Shown here: positions 30,126 to 40,332 of the stretch, piece by piece
Layout: every line of letters starts with the position of its first letter
Position numbering within the stretch: position 1 is the first letter of the stretch
Assembly: GCA_945879015.1 (NCBI GenBank)
Contig: CAMCUO010000001.1
Coordinates: forward strand, 42,659-106,658
Length of the DNA: 64,000 bases
DNA from: Chitinophaga pinensis
GTDB lineage: Bacteria; Bacteroidota; Bacteroidia; 2-12-FULL-35-15
Direction: 5' to 3'
Translations under genes and position numbers: made by a program
Notes under the pieces: generated by a model
What the model was told of the DNA's origin: nothing
The model's database searches: none
Seen by the model: the letters and a program-made list of their open reading frames with translations, nothing else

Positions 30126-30149
30126 CCCTTCGACTCCGCTCAGGGTGAC
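30126..30149. repeat. Half-unit of the CTTCGACTCCGCTCAGGGTGAC repeat between hisG and hisD
   Basis: The sequence is cccttcgactccgctcagggtgac. Confidence 0.6.
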
Positions 30150-30175
30150 AATTAATTTAAACGAATAGCGAATCT

Positions 30176-31453
30176 GTGAAAACAATAAAATATCCATTAA
30201 GAAGTGATTGGTCTGAATTAATAAAACGACCAATTTTTGATAATGCTTCGCTTGAAAGTGCTGTTAAGGCTGTGTTGCTTGATGTTAAGCAAAATGGCGA
30301 TGTGGCAATAAAAAAGTATACAAAACAATTTGATAAAGTAGAACTTGAAAAGTTGCTTGTAACTGAAGAGGAATTTATAGAAGCAGAAAAAAATGTTTCT
30401 GATAATTTGAAAAATGCAATTCATTTAGCAAAATTAAATATCGAAAAATTTCACATTACTCAAAAAGAAGATATTAAAGTTGTTGAAACTACAGATGGTG
30501 TTTTGTGCTGGAGAAAATCGGTAGCAATCGAAAAGGTTGGTTTGTATATTCCTGGTGGTTCTGCTCCTTTGTTTTCCACTGTTTTAATGTTGGGAATTCC
30601 AGCAGCTCTTGCTGGATGCAAAGAAGTTTTATTATGTAGTCCGCCAGATATAAATGGAAAAATTAATCCTGCAATTTTGTACACAGCAAAATTAGTTGGA
30701 ATAACAAAAGTGTTTAAAGTTGGAGGAGCACAAGCAATAGCTGCAATGGCTTATGGAACTGAAACTATTTCGAAAGCGTATAAAATATTCGGACCAGGAA
30801 ACCAATATGTCACTTGTGCTAAACAATTGGTAAGCAGCGAAGGAATAGCTATTGATATGCCTGCTGGTCCATCAGAAGTGGCAACATTGGCGGACGAAAC
30901 CTGCGTTCCTGCATTTGTTGCTGCGGACCTTCTATCACAAGCTGAACACGGAGCAGATTCTCAGGTAATATTGGTTTCTACAGATGAGAAGGTCATTGAA
31001 GATGTAATTACTGAATTGAATAAACAAGTTGAATTGTTGCCAAGAAAAGCAATCGCTATCAAAGCCCTTGAAAACAGTAAAGCAGTTTTAGTCAAAGATA
31101 CAGATGAGGCTTTTGATTTATTAAATGAATATGCTCCTGAACATTTAATTATAGCTTGTAAGGATGAGGAAGTTTTAGCAGAGAAAGTGATCAATGCAGG
31201 ATCTGTTTTTTTAGGAAACTATTCTTGTGAAAGTGCAGGTGATTATGCTTCCGGAACAAATCATACCTTGCCAACCAATGGAAATGCAAAAGCATATAGT
31301 GGAGTTTCATTAGATAGCTTTATGAAAAAAATTACATTCCAGAAAATATCAGAAAGAGGAATTAATATCATTGGAAAAGCAATAGAAATAATGGCTGAGG
31401 CCGAGGGATTAAGTGCTCACAAGAATTCAGTAAGTATCAGACTAAAAAAATAA
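30176..31453 (+). CDS. hisD: Histidinol dehydrogenase
   Basis: Family-level match across the length. The apparent start is a GTG at 30176. Confidence 0.9.
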   Translation: MKTIKYPLRSDWSELIKRPIFDNASLESAVKAVLLDVKQNGDVAIKKYTKQFDKVELEKLLVTEEEFIEAEKNVSDNLKNAIHLAKLNIEKFHITQKEDIKVVETTDGVLCWRKSVAIEKVGLYIPGGSAPLFSTVLMLGIPAALAGCKEVLLCSPPDINGKINPAILYTAKLVGITKVFKVGGAQAIAAMAYGTETISKAYKIFGPGNQYVTCAKQLVSSEGIAIDMPAGPSEVATLADETCVPAFVAADLLSQAEHGADSQVILVSTDEKVIEDVITELNKQVELLPRKAIAIKALENSKAVLVKDTDEAFDLLNEYAPEHLIIACKDEEVLAEKVINAGSVFLGNYSCESAGDYASGTNHTLPTNGNAKAYSGVSLDSFMKKITFQKISERGINIIGKAIEIMAEAEGLSAHKNSVSIRLKK

Positions 31454-31457
31454 GATC

Positions 31458-32525
31458 ATGTTTCAATTAAACAATATATTAAGAGAAAATATCAAGAAAT
31501 TAGTTCCTTATTCATCTGCTAGAGATGAGTACAAAGGAAAGGTTGGAATATTTTTAGATGCCAATGAAAACTCATTTGGTTTCCCTGTTTCTTATGATGG
31601 CACAAGTAACTTAAATCGATATCCTGATCCTTTGCAATTATCTGTAAAAGAAAAGTTAAGCAAAATAAAAGGTTTACCTATTGAAAATATATTTTTAGGC
31701 AATGGAAGTGATGAGGCAATTGATATTTTATTCAGAGCATTTTGTAATCCTGGAAAAGATAATATTATTGTTTGTCCGCCTACCTATGGAATGTATGAAG
31801 TGTCTGCAAATATCAATGATGTTGAAGTTGTGAAGGTTCCTTTGATTGAAGAAACATTTCAATTGGATGAAGCAAGCATTCTTAAATCAATTAATGCCAA
31901 TACAAAGTTAATTTTTATTTGTTGTCCGAATAATCCTACAGGAAATGGTGTAGCATGGAATACTATTAAAAAAGTACGAGATAACTTTAATGGAATTGTA
32001 GTAATTGACGAAGCGTATATAAATTTTGCAAGTTATAGAAGTTTGATTCCTGAATTGTTGAACTATCCCAACTTAGTTATTCTGCAAACTCTGTCGAAAG
32101 CATGGGGTTTGGCTGGATTGAGGGTTGGAATGGCATTCGCATCGGAGCCAATAATAGCTATTTTTAATAAAATTAAGCCTCCTTATAATATTAATGTTGT
32201 TTCTCAAGAACTTGTATTAAAAGCTCTGGATAATATGAAACAAGTGAACGATTGGATCGAAACAATTGTTGAAGAGAGAGAGAAGTTTGGTTTAGAACTG
32301 AATCAACTGTCGTTTGTGAAGAAAGTATATAAAAGTGAAGCAAATTTTATTTTAGTAAAAGTGGAGGATGCTTCAGCATTATATTATTATTTAGCTCAAA
32401 ATCAAATTGTAGTTCGCGACAGAAGTAAAGTTGTTTTATGTGACGATTGTTTAAGAATTACAATAGGTACAAAAGAAGAGAACAGACAATTAATTTCCAT
32501 ATTAAAAAAATATAAAAATGGCTAA
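31458..32525 (+). CDS. hisC: Histidinol-phosphate aminotransferase
   Basis: The class II aminotransferase fold is present, with the PLP lysine in [14 protein letters not shown]. Confidence 0.9.
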   Translation: MFQLNNILRENIKKLVPYSSARDEYKGKVGIFLDANENSFGFPVSYDGTSNLNRYPDPLQLSVKEKLSKIKGLPIENIFLGNGSDEAIDILFRAFCNPGKDNIIVCPPTYGMYEVSANINDVEVVKVPLIEETFQLDEASILKSINANTKLIFICCPNNPTGNGVAWNTIKKVRDNFNGIVVIDEAYINFASYRSLIPELLNYPNLVILQTLSKAWGLAGLRVGMAFASEPIIAIFNKIKPPYNINVVSQELVLKALDNMKQVNDWIETIVEEREKFGLELNQLSFVKKVYKSEANFILVKVEDASALYYYLAQNQIVVRDRSKVVLCDDCLRITIGTKEENRQLISILKKYKNG

Positions 32526-33630
32526 GAAAGTATTGTTTATAGACAGAGACGGGACATTGATTTGGGAGCCGCCCACAGATTTTCAAATCGACAGTTTCGA
32601 GAAATTTAAGTTTTTACCTGGAGTAATTACCTGGTTAGGGAAAATAGTTTCTGAATTGGATTACGAATTGGTAATGGTTACCAATCAAGATGGGCTTGGT
32701 ACGGATAGCTTTCCAGAAAATACATTTTGGCCAGTACAAAATTTGATGATAGAAATATTGGAGTCGGAAGGAATAAAGTTCTCTGAAATTTGTATTGATA
32801 GAACTTTTGAAAAAGATAAGCAACCTACCCGTAAACCGAATACAGGTATGTTAACCAAGTATTTGAATGGTAATTACGATTTGAAAAAGTCTTTTGTAAT
32901 TGGTGACCGATTGACAGATGTGAAACTGGCTAAGAATCTAGGTTCAAAAGCAATTTTCATAAATAATTACGATAAAGCAGATGGTTTTGAAAGTGAGATC
33001 GCTCTTCAGGCAGAAAATTGGAAACAGATATATGATTTTTTGAAACTGCCTGAGAGAAAAATTGTTCAGGAGCGAATCACTAAAGAAACATCCATTTCTA
33101 TAGAATTGAATTTAGACGGCAAAGGAAATTCTAAAATTTCAACAGGCCTGGCATTCTTTGACCACATGCTGGAACAAATTGCTAAACATGGAAACATAGA
33201 TTTGAATGTTAATGCTAAAGGAGATTTGCAAATTGATGAACACCACACGATTGAAGATGTTGGAATTGCTTTGGGAGAAGCCTTCTTAAAAGCATTGGGA
33301 GATAAAAAAGGAATAGAAAGATATGGTTTCCTTTTGCCAATGGATGATTGTCTGGCACAAGTTGCTTTGGATTTTGGTGGAAGAAATTGGATTGTTTGGG
33401 AAGCAGAATTCAAGCGGGAGAAGATCGGTGAGATGCCTACTGAGATGTTTTTTCACTTTTTTAAATCATTCAGCGATGCATCAAAATGTAATTTGAATAT
33501 CAAAGCGGAAGGAACAAATGAACACCATAAGATCGAAGCCATTTTCAAAGCTTTTTCAAAAGCAATTAAGATAGCCGTAAAAAGAGATCCAAGCAATATG
33601 AGTTTGCCAAGTACAAAAGGAGTTTTATAA
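32518..33630 (+). CDS. hisB: Bifunctional histidinol-phosphatase / imidazoleglycerol-phosphate dehydratase
   Basis: The N-terminal HAD motif FIDRDGTL is followed by a C-terminal IGPD domain containing IDEHHTIED and EHHKIEA. Confidence 0.92.
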   Translation: MAKKVLFIDRDGTLIWEPPTDFQIDSFEKFKFLPGVITWLGKIVSELDYELVMVTNQDGLGTDSFPENTFWPVQNLMIEILESEGIKFSEICIDRTFEKDKQPTRKPNTGMLTKYLNGNYDLKKSFVIGDRLTDVKLAKNLGSKAIFINNYDKADGFESEIALQAENWKQIYDFLKLPERKIVQERITKETSISIELNLDGKGNSKISTGLAFFDHMLEQIAKHGNIDLNVNAKGDLQIDEHHTIEDVGIALGEAFLKALGDKKGIERYGFLLPMDDCLAQVALDFGGRNWIVWEAEFKREKIGEMPTEMFFHFFKSFSDASKCNLNIKAEGTNEHHKIEAIFKAFSKAIKIAVKRDPSNMSLPSTKGVL

Positions 33631-34212
33631 ATGAAAGTAGCAATAGTTAAATATAATTCGGGAAATAGCTGTTCAGTTGCATTTGCATTGGAGCGGATAG
33701 GTATTTCTGCTTTGATAACATCTGAAATAGATGAAATTAAAACTGCAGATAAGATCATTTTTCCTGGGGTTGGTGAAGCAAGCAGTGCTATGAAATTCTT
33801 GCGTGATCAAAAACTGGATAAAGTTATTGTTGGTCTAAAACAGCCGGTTTTAGGAATTTGTCTGGGGATGCAGTTGTTATGCGAGAAATCCGAAGAAGGC
33901 AATACGGATTGTTTGGGTATCTTCAAACAAAGGGTGTTAAAATTTTCTGAAGAGAATAAGGTTCCTCAAATCGGTTGGAATACAATATCGAATCTGAAAT
34001 CTCCTATTTTAAAAAATGTGAAAGAGATGGAGTACATGTATTTTGTCCATGGATATTATGCGGAAAAATCAGTTGATACAATAGCGAGTACAAACTATGG
34101 ATTGGAATACAGTTCGGCATTGCAAAAAGATAATTTTTACGGAGTGCAATTTCACCCTGAAAAATCAAGTGATGCAGGACAGAAAATTTTAGAAAATTTC
34201 ATAACCCTATAA
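33631..34212 (+). CDS. hisH: Imidazole glycerol phosphate synthase, glutamine amidotransferase subunit
   Basis: The GATase1 domain with the catalytic Cys in GICLGMQLL is present. Confidence 0.92.
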   Translation: MKVAIVKYNSGNSCSVAFALERIGISALITSEIDEIKTADKIIFPGVGEASSAMKFLRDQKLDKVIVGLKQPVLGICLGMQLLCEKSEEGNTDCLGIFKQRVLKFSEENKVPQIGWNTISNLKSPILKNVKEMEYMYFVHGYYAEKSVDTIASTNYGLEYSSALQKDNFYGVQFHPEKSSDAGQKILENFITL

Positions 34213-34214
34213 GC

Positions 34215-34937
34215 ATGCAAATAATACCAGCAATAGATTTGATAGATGGAAAATGTGTAAGGTTAACGCAAGGAGATTATACGCAAAAAATAATCTACAA
34301 TGAGAATCCGGTGGAAGTTGCAAAGCTATTTGAAGATATCGGAATTAAACGTTTGCATTTGGTTGATTTGGACGGAGCAAAAAAAGGAGAAGTTGTAAAT
34401 TATAAAGTGTTAGAAAAAATTGCTTCTCAAACAAAACTAATAATTGACTTCGGTGGAGGAATTAAAACAAGTGAAACTATTAAAATTGTTTTTGAATCCG
34501 GGGCTTCACTTGCAGCTATTGGCAGTGTTGCTGTGAAAGAGAAAGATTTGTTTTTTTCTTGGATAAAAAAATACGGTGCAGATAAAATTTTATTAGGTGC
34601 TGATGTGAATGAAGAAAAGATCGCGATCTCCGGTTGGCTAGAAAAGACAGAGATAAATATTTTCGATTTTATAAAAGAAAATATGAATGAAGGAGTTGAA
34701 ACTATTTTTTGTACAGATATTTCTAAAGATGGATTATTGCAAGGAGCAAGTGTTGGGCTGTATAAAAAAATTATTGAACAATTTCCAGCACTTAATTTAA
34801 TTGCAAGTGGCGGTGTTACATCGCTGAAAGATTTGGATGAATTAAAATGGATTGGTTGTTCCGGCGCTATTGTTGGTAAAGCAATTTATGAAGAGCGAAT
34901 TTCAATGAAAGATTTAAAGAAATACATAGCATGTTAA
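34215..34937 (+). CDS. hisA: ProFAR isomerase
   Basis: [17 protein letters not shown] is present. Confidence 0.92.
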   Translation: MQIIPAIDLIDGKCVRLTQGDYTQKIIYNENPVEVAKLFEDIGIKRLHLVDLDGAKKGEVVNYKVLEKIASQTKLIIDFGGGIKTSETIKIVFESGASLAAIGSVAVKEKDLFFSWIKKYGADKILLGADVNEEKIAISGWLEKTEINIFDFIKENMNEGVETIFCTDISKDGLLQGASVGLYKKIIEQFPALNLIASGGVTSLKDLDELKWIGCSGAIVGKAIYEERISMKDLKKYIAC

Positions 34938-35686
34938 CAAAACGAATTATTCCATGTTTGGATATTAAAGATGGCCGCACCGTAAAAGGTGTGAATTTTG
35001 AAAACATCAGGGATGCCGGAGATCCGATTGTGTTGGCAATTGAATATTCTAAACAAGGAGCAGATGAATTGGTTTTTTTAGATATATCTGCAACCAATGA
35101 AAAAAGAAAAACATTATCCGAAGTAGTAAATAGAATTGCAAAAAATATTAATATTCCTTTTACTGTCGGAGGTGGAATTAGTTCTGTTGAGGATGTTTAT
35201 GAGATATTAAATTCCGGAGCAGATAAGGTTTCTGTAAATACTTCTGCATTCAAGAATCCTTCATTGATCAATGATTTGGCAAAGAGATATGGAAGTCAAT
35301 GTGTGGTTGTTGCAATTGATACTAAGTTCGAAAATGATGACTGGTATGTTTATTTAAATGGAGGGAAAGTGAAGACAGAAAAAAAGGCAGCCGATTGGGC
35401 AAAAGAAGTTGTTGGTTTGGGGGCAGGTGAAATTTTATTGACATCGATGAACAATGACGGAACAAAAAATGGATTTGCAAATGACATCACAAGAGCGATC
35501 TCCGAAAGTGTAACTGTTCCAATTATTGCAAGTGGTGGAGCAGGAACGATGGAACACTTTAAAGATGTTTTTGTAACTGGGAAAGCAGATGCAGCGTTAG
35601 CTGCCAGTGTTTTTCATTTTAAAGAAATTGAAATTCCTACTTTAAAAAAATATTTAAACGAACAAAAAATAACAATAAGATTATGA
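34931..35686 (+). CDS. hisF: Imidazole glycerol phosphate synthase, cyclase subunit
   Basis: [19 protein letters not shown] is present. Confidence 0.93.
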   Translation: MLTKRIIPCLDIKDGRTVKGVNFENIRDAGDPIVLAIEYSKQGADELVFLDISATNEKRKTLSEVVNRIAKNINIPFTVGGGISSVEDVYEILNSGADKVSVNTSAFKNPSLINDLAKRYGSQCVVVAIDTKFENDDWYVYLNGGKVKTEKKAADWAKEVVGLGAGEILLTSMNNDGTKNGFANDITRAISESVTVPIIASGGAGTMEHFKDVFVTGKADAALAASVFHFKEIEIPTLKKYLNEQKITIRL

Positions 35687-36276
35687 TTCCAGATTTTAAA
35701 AAATTAACAGATGGATTAATTCCAGTAATTATTCAAGATAATAAAACAAATGTAGTTTTGATGTTGGGTTATATGAATGAAGAAGCATTTCAAAAAACGG
35801 CTGCAGAAAAACGTGTTACATTTTATTCGCGTTCAAAAAATCGTTTATGGACAAAAGGGGAGGAAAGTGGAAATTATTTGGAAGTAGACCAACTTTTATT
35901 GGATTGTGATCTTGATACAATTTTGATAAAAGCTAGTCCCAAAGGGGTGGTTTGTCATACTGGGGCAGATACCTGTTTTTGTGAGGTAAATAGCCCGAAT
36001 TTTCTGTATCAATTAGAGGAAACTATACGTAAAAGGAAGTCGAATCCGACCCAGGACTCTTATATTTCCTCGCTTTTTGCCAATGGGTTGAATAAAATAG
36101 CTCAAAAAGTGGGCGAAGAGGCTGTGGAACTTGTAATTGAGGCGAAAGACAATAACGATGAATTGTTTGTAAACGAGGCGGCAGATTTACTGTTTCATTA
36201 CTTGATTCTATTGTCAGCAAAGGGTTTTAGCTTAGATGATGTTATAGATGTGCTAGATAAAAGGGGCAAAAAGTAG
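35683..36276 (+). CDS. hisI: Bifunctional phosphoribosyl-AMP cyclohydrolase / phosphoribosyl-ATP pyrophosphatase
   Basis: The N-terminal HisI region LIPVIIQD is followed by a C-terminal HisE region ELVIEAKD. Confidence 0.9.
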   Translation: MIPDFKKLTDGLIPVIIQDNKTNVVLMLGYMNEEAFQKTAAEKRVTFYSRSKNRLWTKGEESGNYLEVDQLLLDCDLDTILIKASPKGVVCHTGADTCFCEVNSPNFLYQLEETIRKRKSNPTQDSYISSLFANGLNKIAQKVGEEAVELVIEAKDNNDELFVNEAADLLFHYLILLSAKGFSLDDVIDVLDKRGKK

Positions 36277-36420
36277 TTCGTTTGGGCTTGAATATTTATT
36301 TTTAAGGCAATTTTTAGAGAAAAAATATCGTTTTTTAGCCCTAATATTTAATTAATTTTCTTATAATTGGTTAACTTTTGTAGGAAAATCAGCAGTTTTT
36401 AGATTAAGCTTGATTATTAT

Positions 36421-36999
36421 ATGGATTTAAATAAGAGCGGTTCAGTAGAAGAAGCCATTTTTGCTAATAAAGTAAATGGTATTAGGGCTGCTTTTAATGT
36501 TGCGGATAAGAAGATAATTGTTTCGCACATTGGAGAGCTGGATCAAGTTAAAGTGAATACCATCTCTACATTAGTGGAAACACAAATGGAGTACCTCGGA
36601 GTTAGCAAAAGTGCCATCAAAAAGATTTTTAATATTGTTATCGAAACACTTCAGAATATTTGTATTCATGGAGAAAAGGATAATAATGGTTATCAAATGA
36701 CTTATTTTATTATTGGTAAACACAATAATGAGTTTACTTTATTTTCTGGAAATATTATAAATAATACGATAGTAGAAAAGCTTAATAAGAGATTGAATTC
36801 TATAAAATCATTAGGTGATTCTGATTTAAAAAAACAGTATATGGATGTTCTTTCAAATGGGGAGCTTTCATCAAAAGGAGGCGCTGGTTTAGGTTTTTTA
36901 ACTATTGCTTTAAAATCAAATAACAACATAGATTTTGATTTTGAAATGTTAAATAAAGAGTATTCATTATTTTCACTTCAATCAAAAGTATTAGGATAA
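36421..36999 (+). CDS. Putative GHKL-type Ser/Thr kinase-like protein (SiaB / anti-sigma-factor-kinase-like)
   Basis: An N-box-like ETLQNICIHGE and a G2-box-like GGAGLGFLTIA are present. The gene is translationally coupled to the downstream DUF1987 gene, with a 1 nt gap. Confidence 0.4.
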   Translation: MDLNKSGSVEEAIFANKVNGIRAAFNVADKKIIVSHIGELDQVKVNTISTLVETQMEYLGVSKSAIKKIFNIVIETLQNICIHGEKDNNGYQMTYFIIGKHNNEFTLFSGNIINNTIVEKLNKRLNSIKSLGDSDLKKQYMDVLSNGELSSKGGAGLGFLTIALKSNNNIDFDFEMLNKEYSLFSLQSKVLG

Positions 37000-37000
37000 C

Positions 37001-37378
37001 ATGAAACGACTAGAATTAGCACCTTCGAACAATACTCCACATATTATTTTGGATGTAGATTCAGATGTTTTATTAATTGAAGGAAAATCTTTTCCAGAAG
37101 ATAGCAAAGAGTTTTATCGTCCAGTAATAGAGTGGATAGATGAATTGAAAACTACTAATCCTAGAAAAATTAAAATACGCTTTAATTTATTTTACTTAAG
37201 TTCATCATCTATAATATCCGTAAAACAATTTTTAATGAAAGCTGTTGAGTTGAGCAATGCAGGTGCACAAACAACTGTTTTATGGTCGTACGATGAAGAT
37301 GATGATGACATTAAAAAAATAGGAGAAGATTATCAAAAGTTGACGAAGTTAAATTTTGAATATAAAATCAACGAATAA
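37001..37378 (+). CDS. DUF1987 (SiaC-like) putative phospho-acceptor partner-switch protein
   Basis: GKSFPEDSKEFYRPVIEWIDEL and FNLFYLSSSSIISVKQFL parallel the SiaC family. The protein is 125 aa. Confidence 0.6.
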   Translation: MKRLELAPSNNTPHIILDVDSDVLLIEGKSFPEDSKEFYRPVIEWIDELKTTNPRKIKIRFNLFYLSSSSIISVKQFLMKAVELSNAGAQTTVLWSYDEDDDDIKKIGEDYQKLTKLNFEYKINE

Positions 37379-37392
37379 AATTTAATAGATGT

Positions 37393-37430
37393 AAGAAAAA
37401 ATCCCCAGACTTAAGCCTTTGGGGATTTTT
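37393..37430 (+). terminator. Rho-independent terminator
   Basis: The stem atcccca/tggggat is followed by a T8 run. Confidence 0.6.
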
Positions 37431-37607
37431 TTTGCTTTTATCAAATACTGAAAATGAAAAGAAAATAATTTTACACTTCCCCATAAATCAAGTACTTTGT
37501 TAGCTTTAGTTTATAACCAAACTTAGATTTAAGTTAAATTGATTACTAACCGCTATTTGTAGACTTATAACAGATGTAAGATTGGATGGTGTTTTGTTGG
37601 GGGATAT

Positions 37608-37639
37608 AGCTTTTCCAAAGTTCTAAACTTTTGGAAAGC
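37608..37639. repeat. REP palindrome A1 (agcttttccaaagttctaaacttttggaaagc)
   Basis: This is the first member of a REP doublet whose self-complementary arms are ttttccaaagtt/aactttggaaaa. The family has 6 copies, all within 37608-43368. Confidence 0.8.
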
Positions 37640-37682
37640 CGTTCTAATGATACTTTTCTGTTACGAGTGACTTTGTTGGTTT

Positions 37683-37714
37683 AGCTTTTCCAAAGTTCTA
37701 AACTTTGGAAAAGC
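37683..37714. repeat. REP palindrome A2, abutting the res stop codon
   Basis: The sequence agcttttccaaagttctaaactttggaaaagc is a perfect palindrome with a ctaa centre. Confidence 0.8.
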
Positions 37715-37716
37715 TG

Positions 37717-40332
37717 TTACATCTTCATAATTAGCTCTACGGCTTTATCTATGTTATAAGCACCTTCGGGAGCATTTTTGTCGAAAATCATCATATACTT
37801 ATACTTATCGGAACCTGATAATTCGGCCCAAACTTTACCTAGTTGCAATTTTTCTACACTATCTGAATTGTCTCTGTCAGAACCTTTTGTTTCTGCTAAT
37901 ATGACAATTTTCTTTTTTGTAACAATTATAAAATCAGGATAATGATTGGACTTGTATCCATTTAATGAAAATCCTTTACCTCTTGATAGATTTCTATGCC
38001 AAAAAGCAATATTTGAACATCCTGCTATTTTTAAAATAAATTCTTCTTCCAAAGAATTCATATCGCCTTCATGAACGTACAAAGAATTTCCAATATCGCC
38101 ACTGATTTTGCTAGGTATGATAGCTTTTGGAAAAGGCCAGGAAGGTTTTGTTTTAATAAGACCAATTACCTTATATTCAATAAATTGTTTTTCTGCGTGT
38201 ATGTCAGACAGTTTATTTATATGTTGCTTAATTTTGTCAGTGTAAGTTAGTTTACGTTGTATAAAATCTTTTAATTGTTCAGCATCTTTATCTTCTAAAA
38301 TACGGTTTATGTATTTTTTGATTTGCTGGTCAGGAATGGGATATATTTTACCAATTTGTTGCATTACTTGATGTGTAATGTCTTTTATTTGGCTCTCTCT
38401 AGGTTTTGCTAAAATAAATTCATTCAATCTTTGTTGATCTGAAGAGTTTTCTAGTTTGAAGGCACTCATTTTTGATTCATCTGATTTCGTTTGCTCAATG
38501 TCTATCTTATATAGTTCGGATGTAATGCCATCAAAAGGAATATCTATATCTTTTTCTGAAAGTTTAAAACCTCCTAATAGAGTTGATCGATCTAATAATT
38601 CTAGACCATCTGATTCCGAATTGAAAATACTTAGGTTGTCAGTAAGGAAAACAAATTTCGGCAAAAGGATAACTTTTGCCAGTTCTGCAACATTTTGTCG
38701 CATCCCATATTCTTTTATTTTTATTCCCACGTCAGAAAATATTTGTGTAGATGAGTTATTGTCAAATTCTGCAATTTGTTTTTCTATTTCAGCACTTTCT
38801 GAAATGGCAATCGTCTCAATTTCTTTTATGGAAGGAGGCGAAATAATTGAATTCCCTTTTTCTGTGCTAAAAGATATTTTATTTGTATTAAATGGTAGCT
38901 CTTCAGTTTTTATTTCAATAGTTGTTTCAATTTTTGTTTTTTCCTCTTCTGGCATTGCATCTTTTTCGCGATAATCTTTTTCACTGAACCCGGATTCTTT
39001 TAATCCTTTAATAATGTTCTGAAGTGTTTCATTAAATTTTGTAGATGCAGTAATTACGTAAGATAAATTTAATAAAGGGTCAGAATGTTTCATTACATAG
39101 GGTTGTCTAAGAATTCGACCTAAAATTTGTGTAACATCTACAGGTGATGATCTGTCTGCGAGTGATGCAAGGATATATGCAAAAGGACAATCCCAACCTT
39201 CCTTTAGTGCGTTGATTGTAATAACATATCTGACAGGGCAATTTTTATCTAAGAGATTAACTCCTTTTAATTCATCTTTATTGGCTGTTTTTATTTTTAT
39301 CTGTTGTTCAGGTATTCCAACTTTTATTAATTGTTCTTTTAGTTTATCAAAAGTGGTATTGTCTTCTTTTCCTTTAGATTGTGCCTGAAATAAAACTATA
39401 GGACGAATGTATTTTCCTCCTGTTGTTTCTTCTTGTTTTGCTAAGTCTTCTAATCGCTGTTGTAAATGCAAAGCACTTTCTATAACACCTTCTTTGTCCT
39501 GTTGATTGTAAACAATTACAGGCAGTTTTACCATGTGTTCCTTTTTAAGTTCAATGGCTGGAACCAAGCTGACAATATTAGCATTGTCTTTTGGGGTAGC
39601 TGTTAAATCAAGAATGAAACTAGGATTTAAATTACGTAGCATATCAACGCTCAAATCGCTTTCGGCATTATGGCTTTCATCTACCACTAAAATCGGATTT
39701 AAACTTCGGATAATATTTATCAATGATGTTTCATCTGTTCCTTCTAATAGATGCGATGTAGTTGCGTTTGATAATGCAAATGTTGACAATGCTCCGTTTT
39801 GCTCAAATATTTTTCTGTCATCCTTATTTTTTGCACGAATGGATGCAAAATTCATCACCATAATCGTTAGCTGTTCTTGAACAATGGATGGATTAAAGCT
39901 TGACCCTTGTAATAAATCTTTTTTCTCGTATACACAAATACGATTATTGAACAATGCATTTAATTTTTGGCAATAAGGATGATCGGGATCAGAAAGGTTT
40001 TTAACTGTTTGATCCAAAAGGTTGCTCCATGGAACTAACCATACTACAGCCTTTGTTTTGTTCTCTGGCATTGCATCAAAAATTGTTTTGATAGCATTGC
40101 AGGCAATGAATGTTTTTCCGCCAGCTGTTGGAACTTTAATACACAAGTGAACAGCATCAGGAACATTTTGTTGATAAGGGCGCATTCCTTCTTCGGAGAT
40201 AGGATTGTATGGACCAACTTTATCTCTCCAATAATTATTAAAAGCTTTATCTGCTTCTTTATCTTTTTGAAGATAAGCAAAGTAGTTAGAAAGATCCTGA
40301 ATGACCTGTTTTTGATACGATTTTAATTCCAT
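37717..40332 (-). CDS. Type III restriction enzyme, Res subunit (SF2 helicase plus a C-terminal PD-(D/E)xK nuclease)
   Basis: The helicase motif I PTAGGKTF, the DEAH-like LVVDESHN and motif VI QILGRILRQ are present. The C-terminal nuclease motif is YPDF...ILAETKG. Confidence 0.85.
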   Translation of the reverse strand: MELKSYQKQVIQDLSNYFAYLQKDKEADKAFNNYWRDKVGPYNPISEEGMRPYQQNVPDAVHLCIKVPTAGGKTFIACNAIKTIFDAMPENKTKAVVWLVPWSNLLDQTVKNLSDPDHPYCQKLNALFNNRICVYEKKDLLQGSSFNPSIVQEQLTIMVMNFASIRAKNKDDRKIFEQNGALSTFALSNATTSHLLEGTDETSLINIIRSLNPILVVDESHNAESDLSVDMLRNLNPSFILDLTATPKDNANIVSLVPAIELKKEHMVKLPVIVYNQQDKEGVIESALHLQQRLEDLAKQEETTGGKYIRPIVLFQAQSKGKEDNTTFDKLKEQLIKVGIPEQQIKIKTANKDELKGVNLLDKNCPVRYVITINALKEGWDCPFAYILASLADRSSPVDVTQILGRILRQPYVMKHSDPLLNLSYVITASTKFNETLQNIIKGLKESGFSEKDYREKDAMPEEEKTKIETTIEIKTEELPFNTNKISFSTEKGNSIISPPSIKEIETIAISESAEIEKQIAEFDNNSSTQIFSDVGIKIKEYGMRQNVAELAKVILLPKFVFLTDNLSIFNSESDGLELLDRSTLLGGFKLSEKDIDIPFDGITSELYKIDIEQTKSDESKMSAFKLENSSDQQRLNEFILAKPRESQIKDITHQVMQQIGKIYPIPDQQIKKYINRILEDKDAEQLKDFIQRKLTYTDKIKQHINKLSDIHAEKQFIEYKVIGLIKTKPSWPFPKAIIPSKISGDIGNSLYVHEGDMNSLEEEFILKIAGCSNIAFWHRNLSRGKGFSLNGYKSNHYPDFIIVTKKKIVILAETKGSDRDNSDSVEKLQLGKVWAELSGSDKYKYMMIFDKNAPEGAYNIDKAVELIMKM

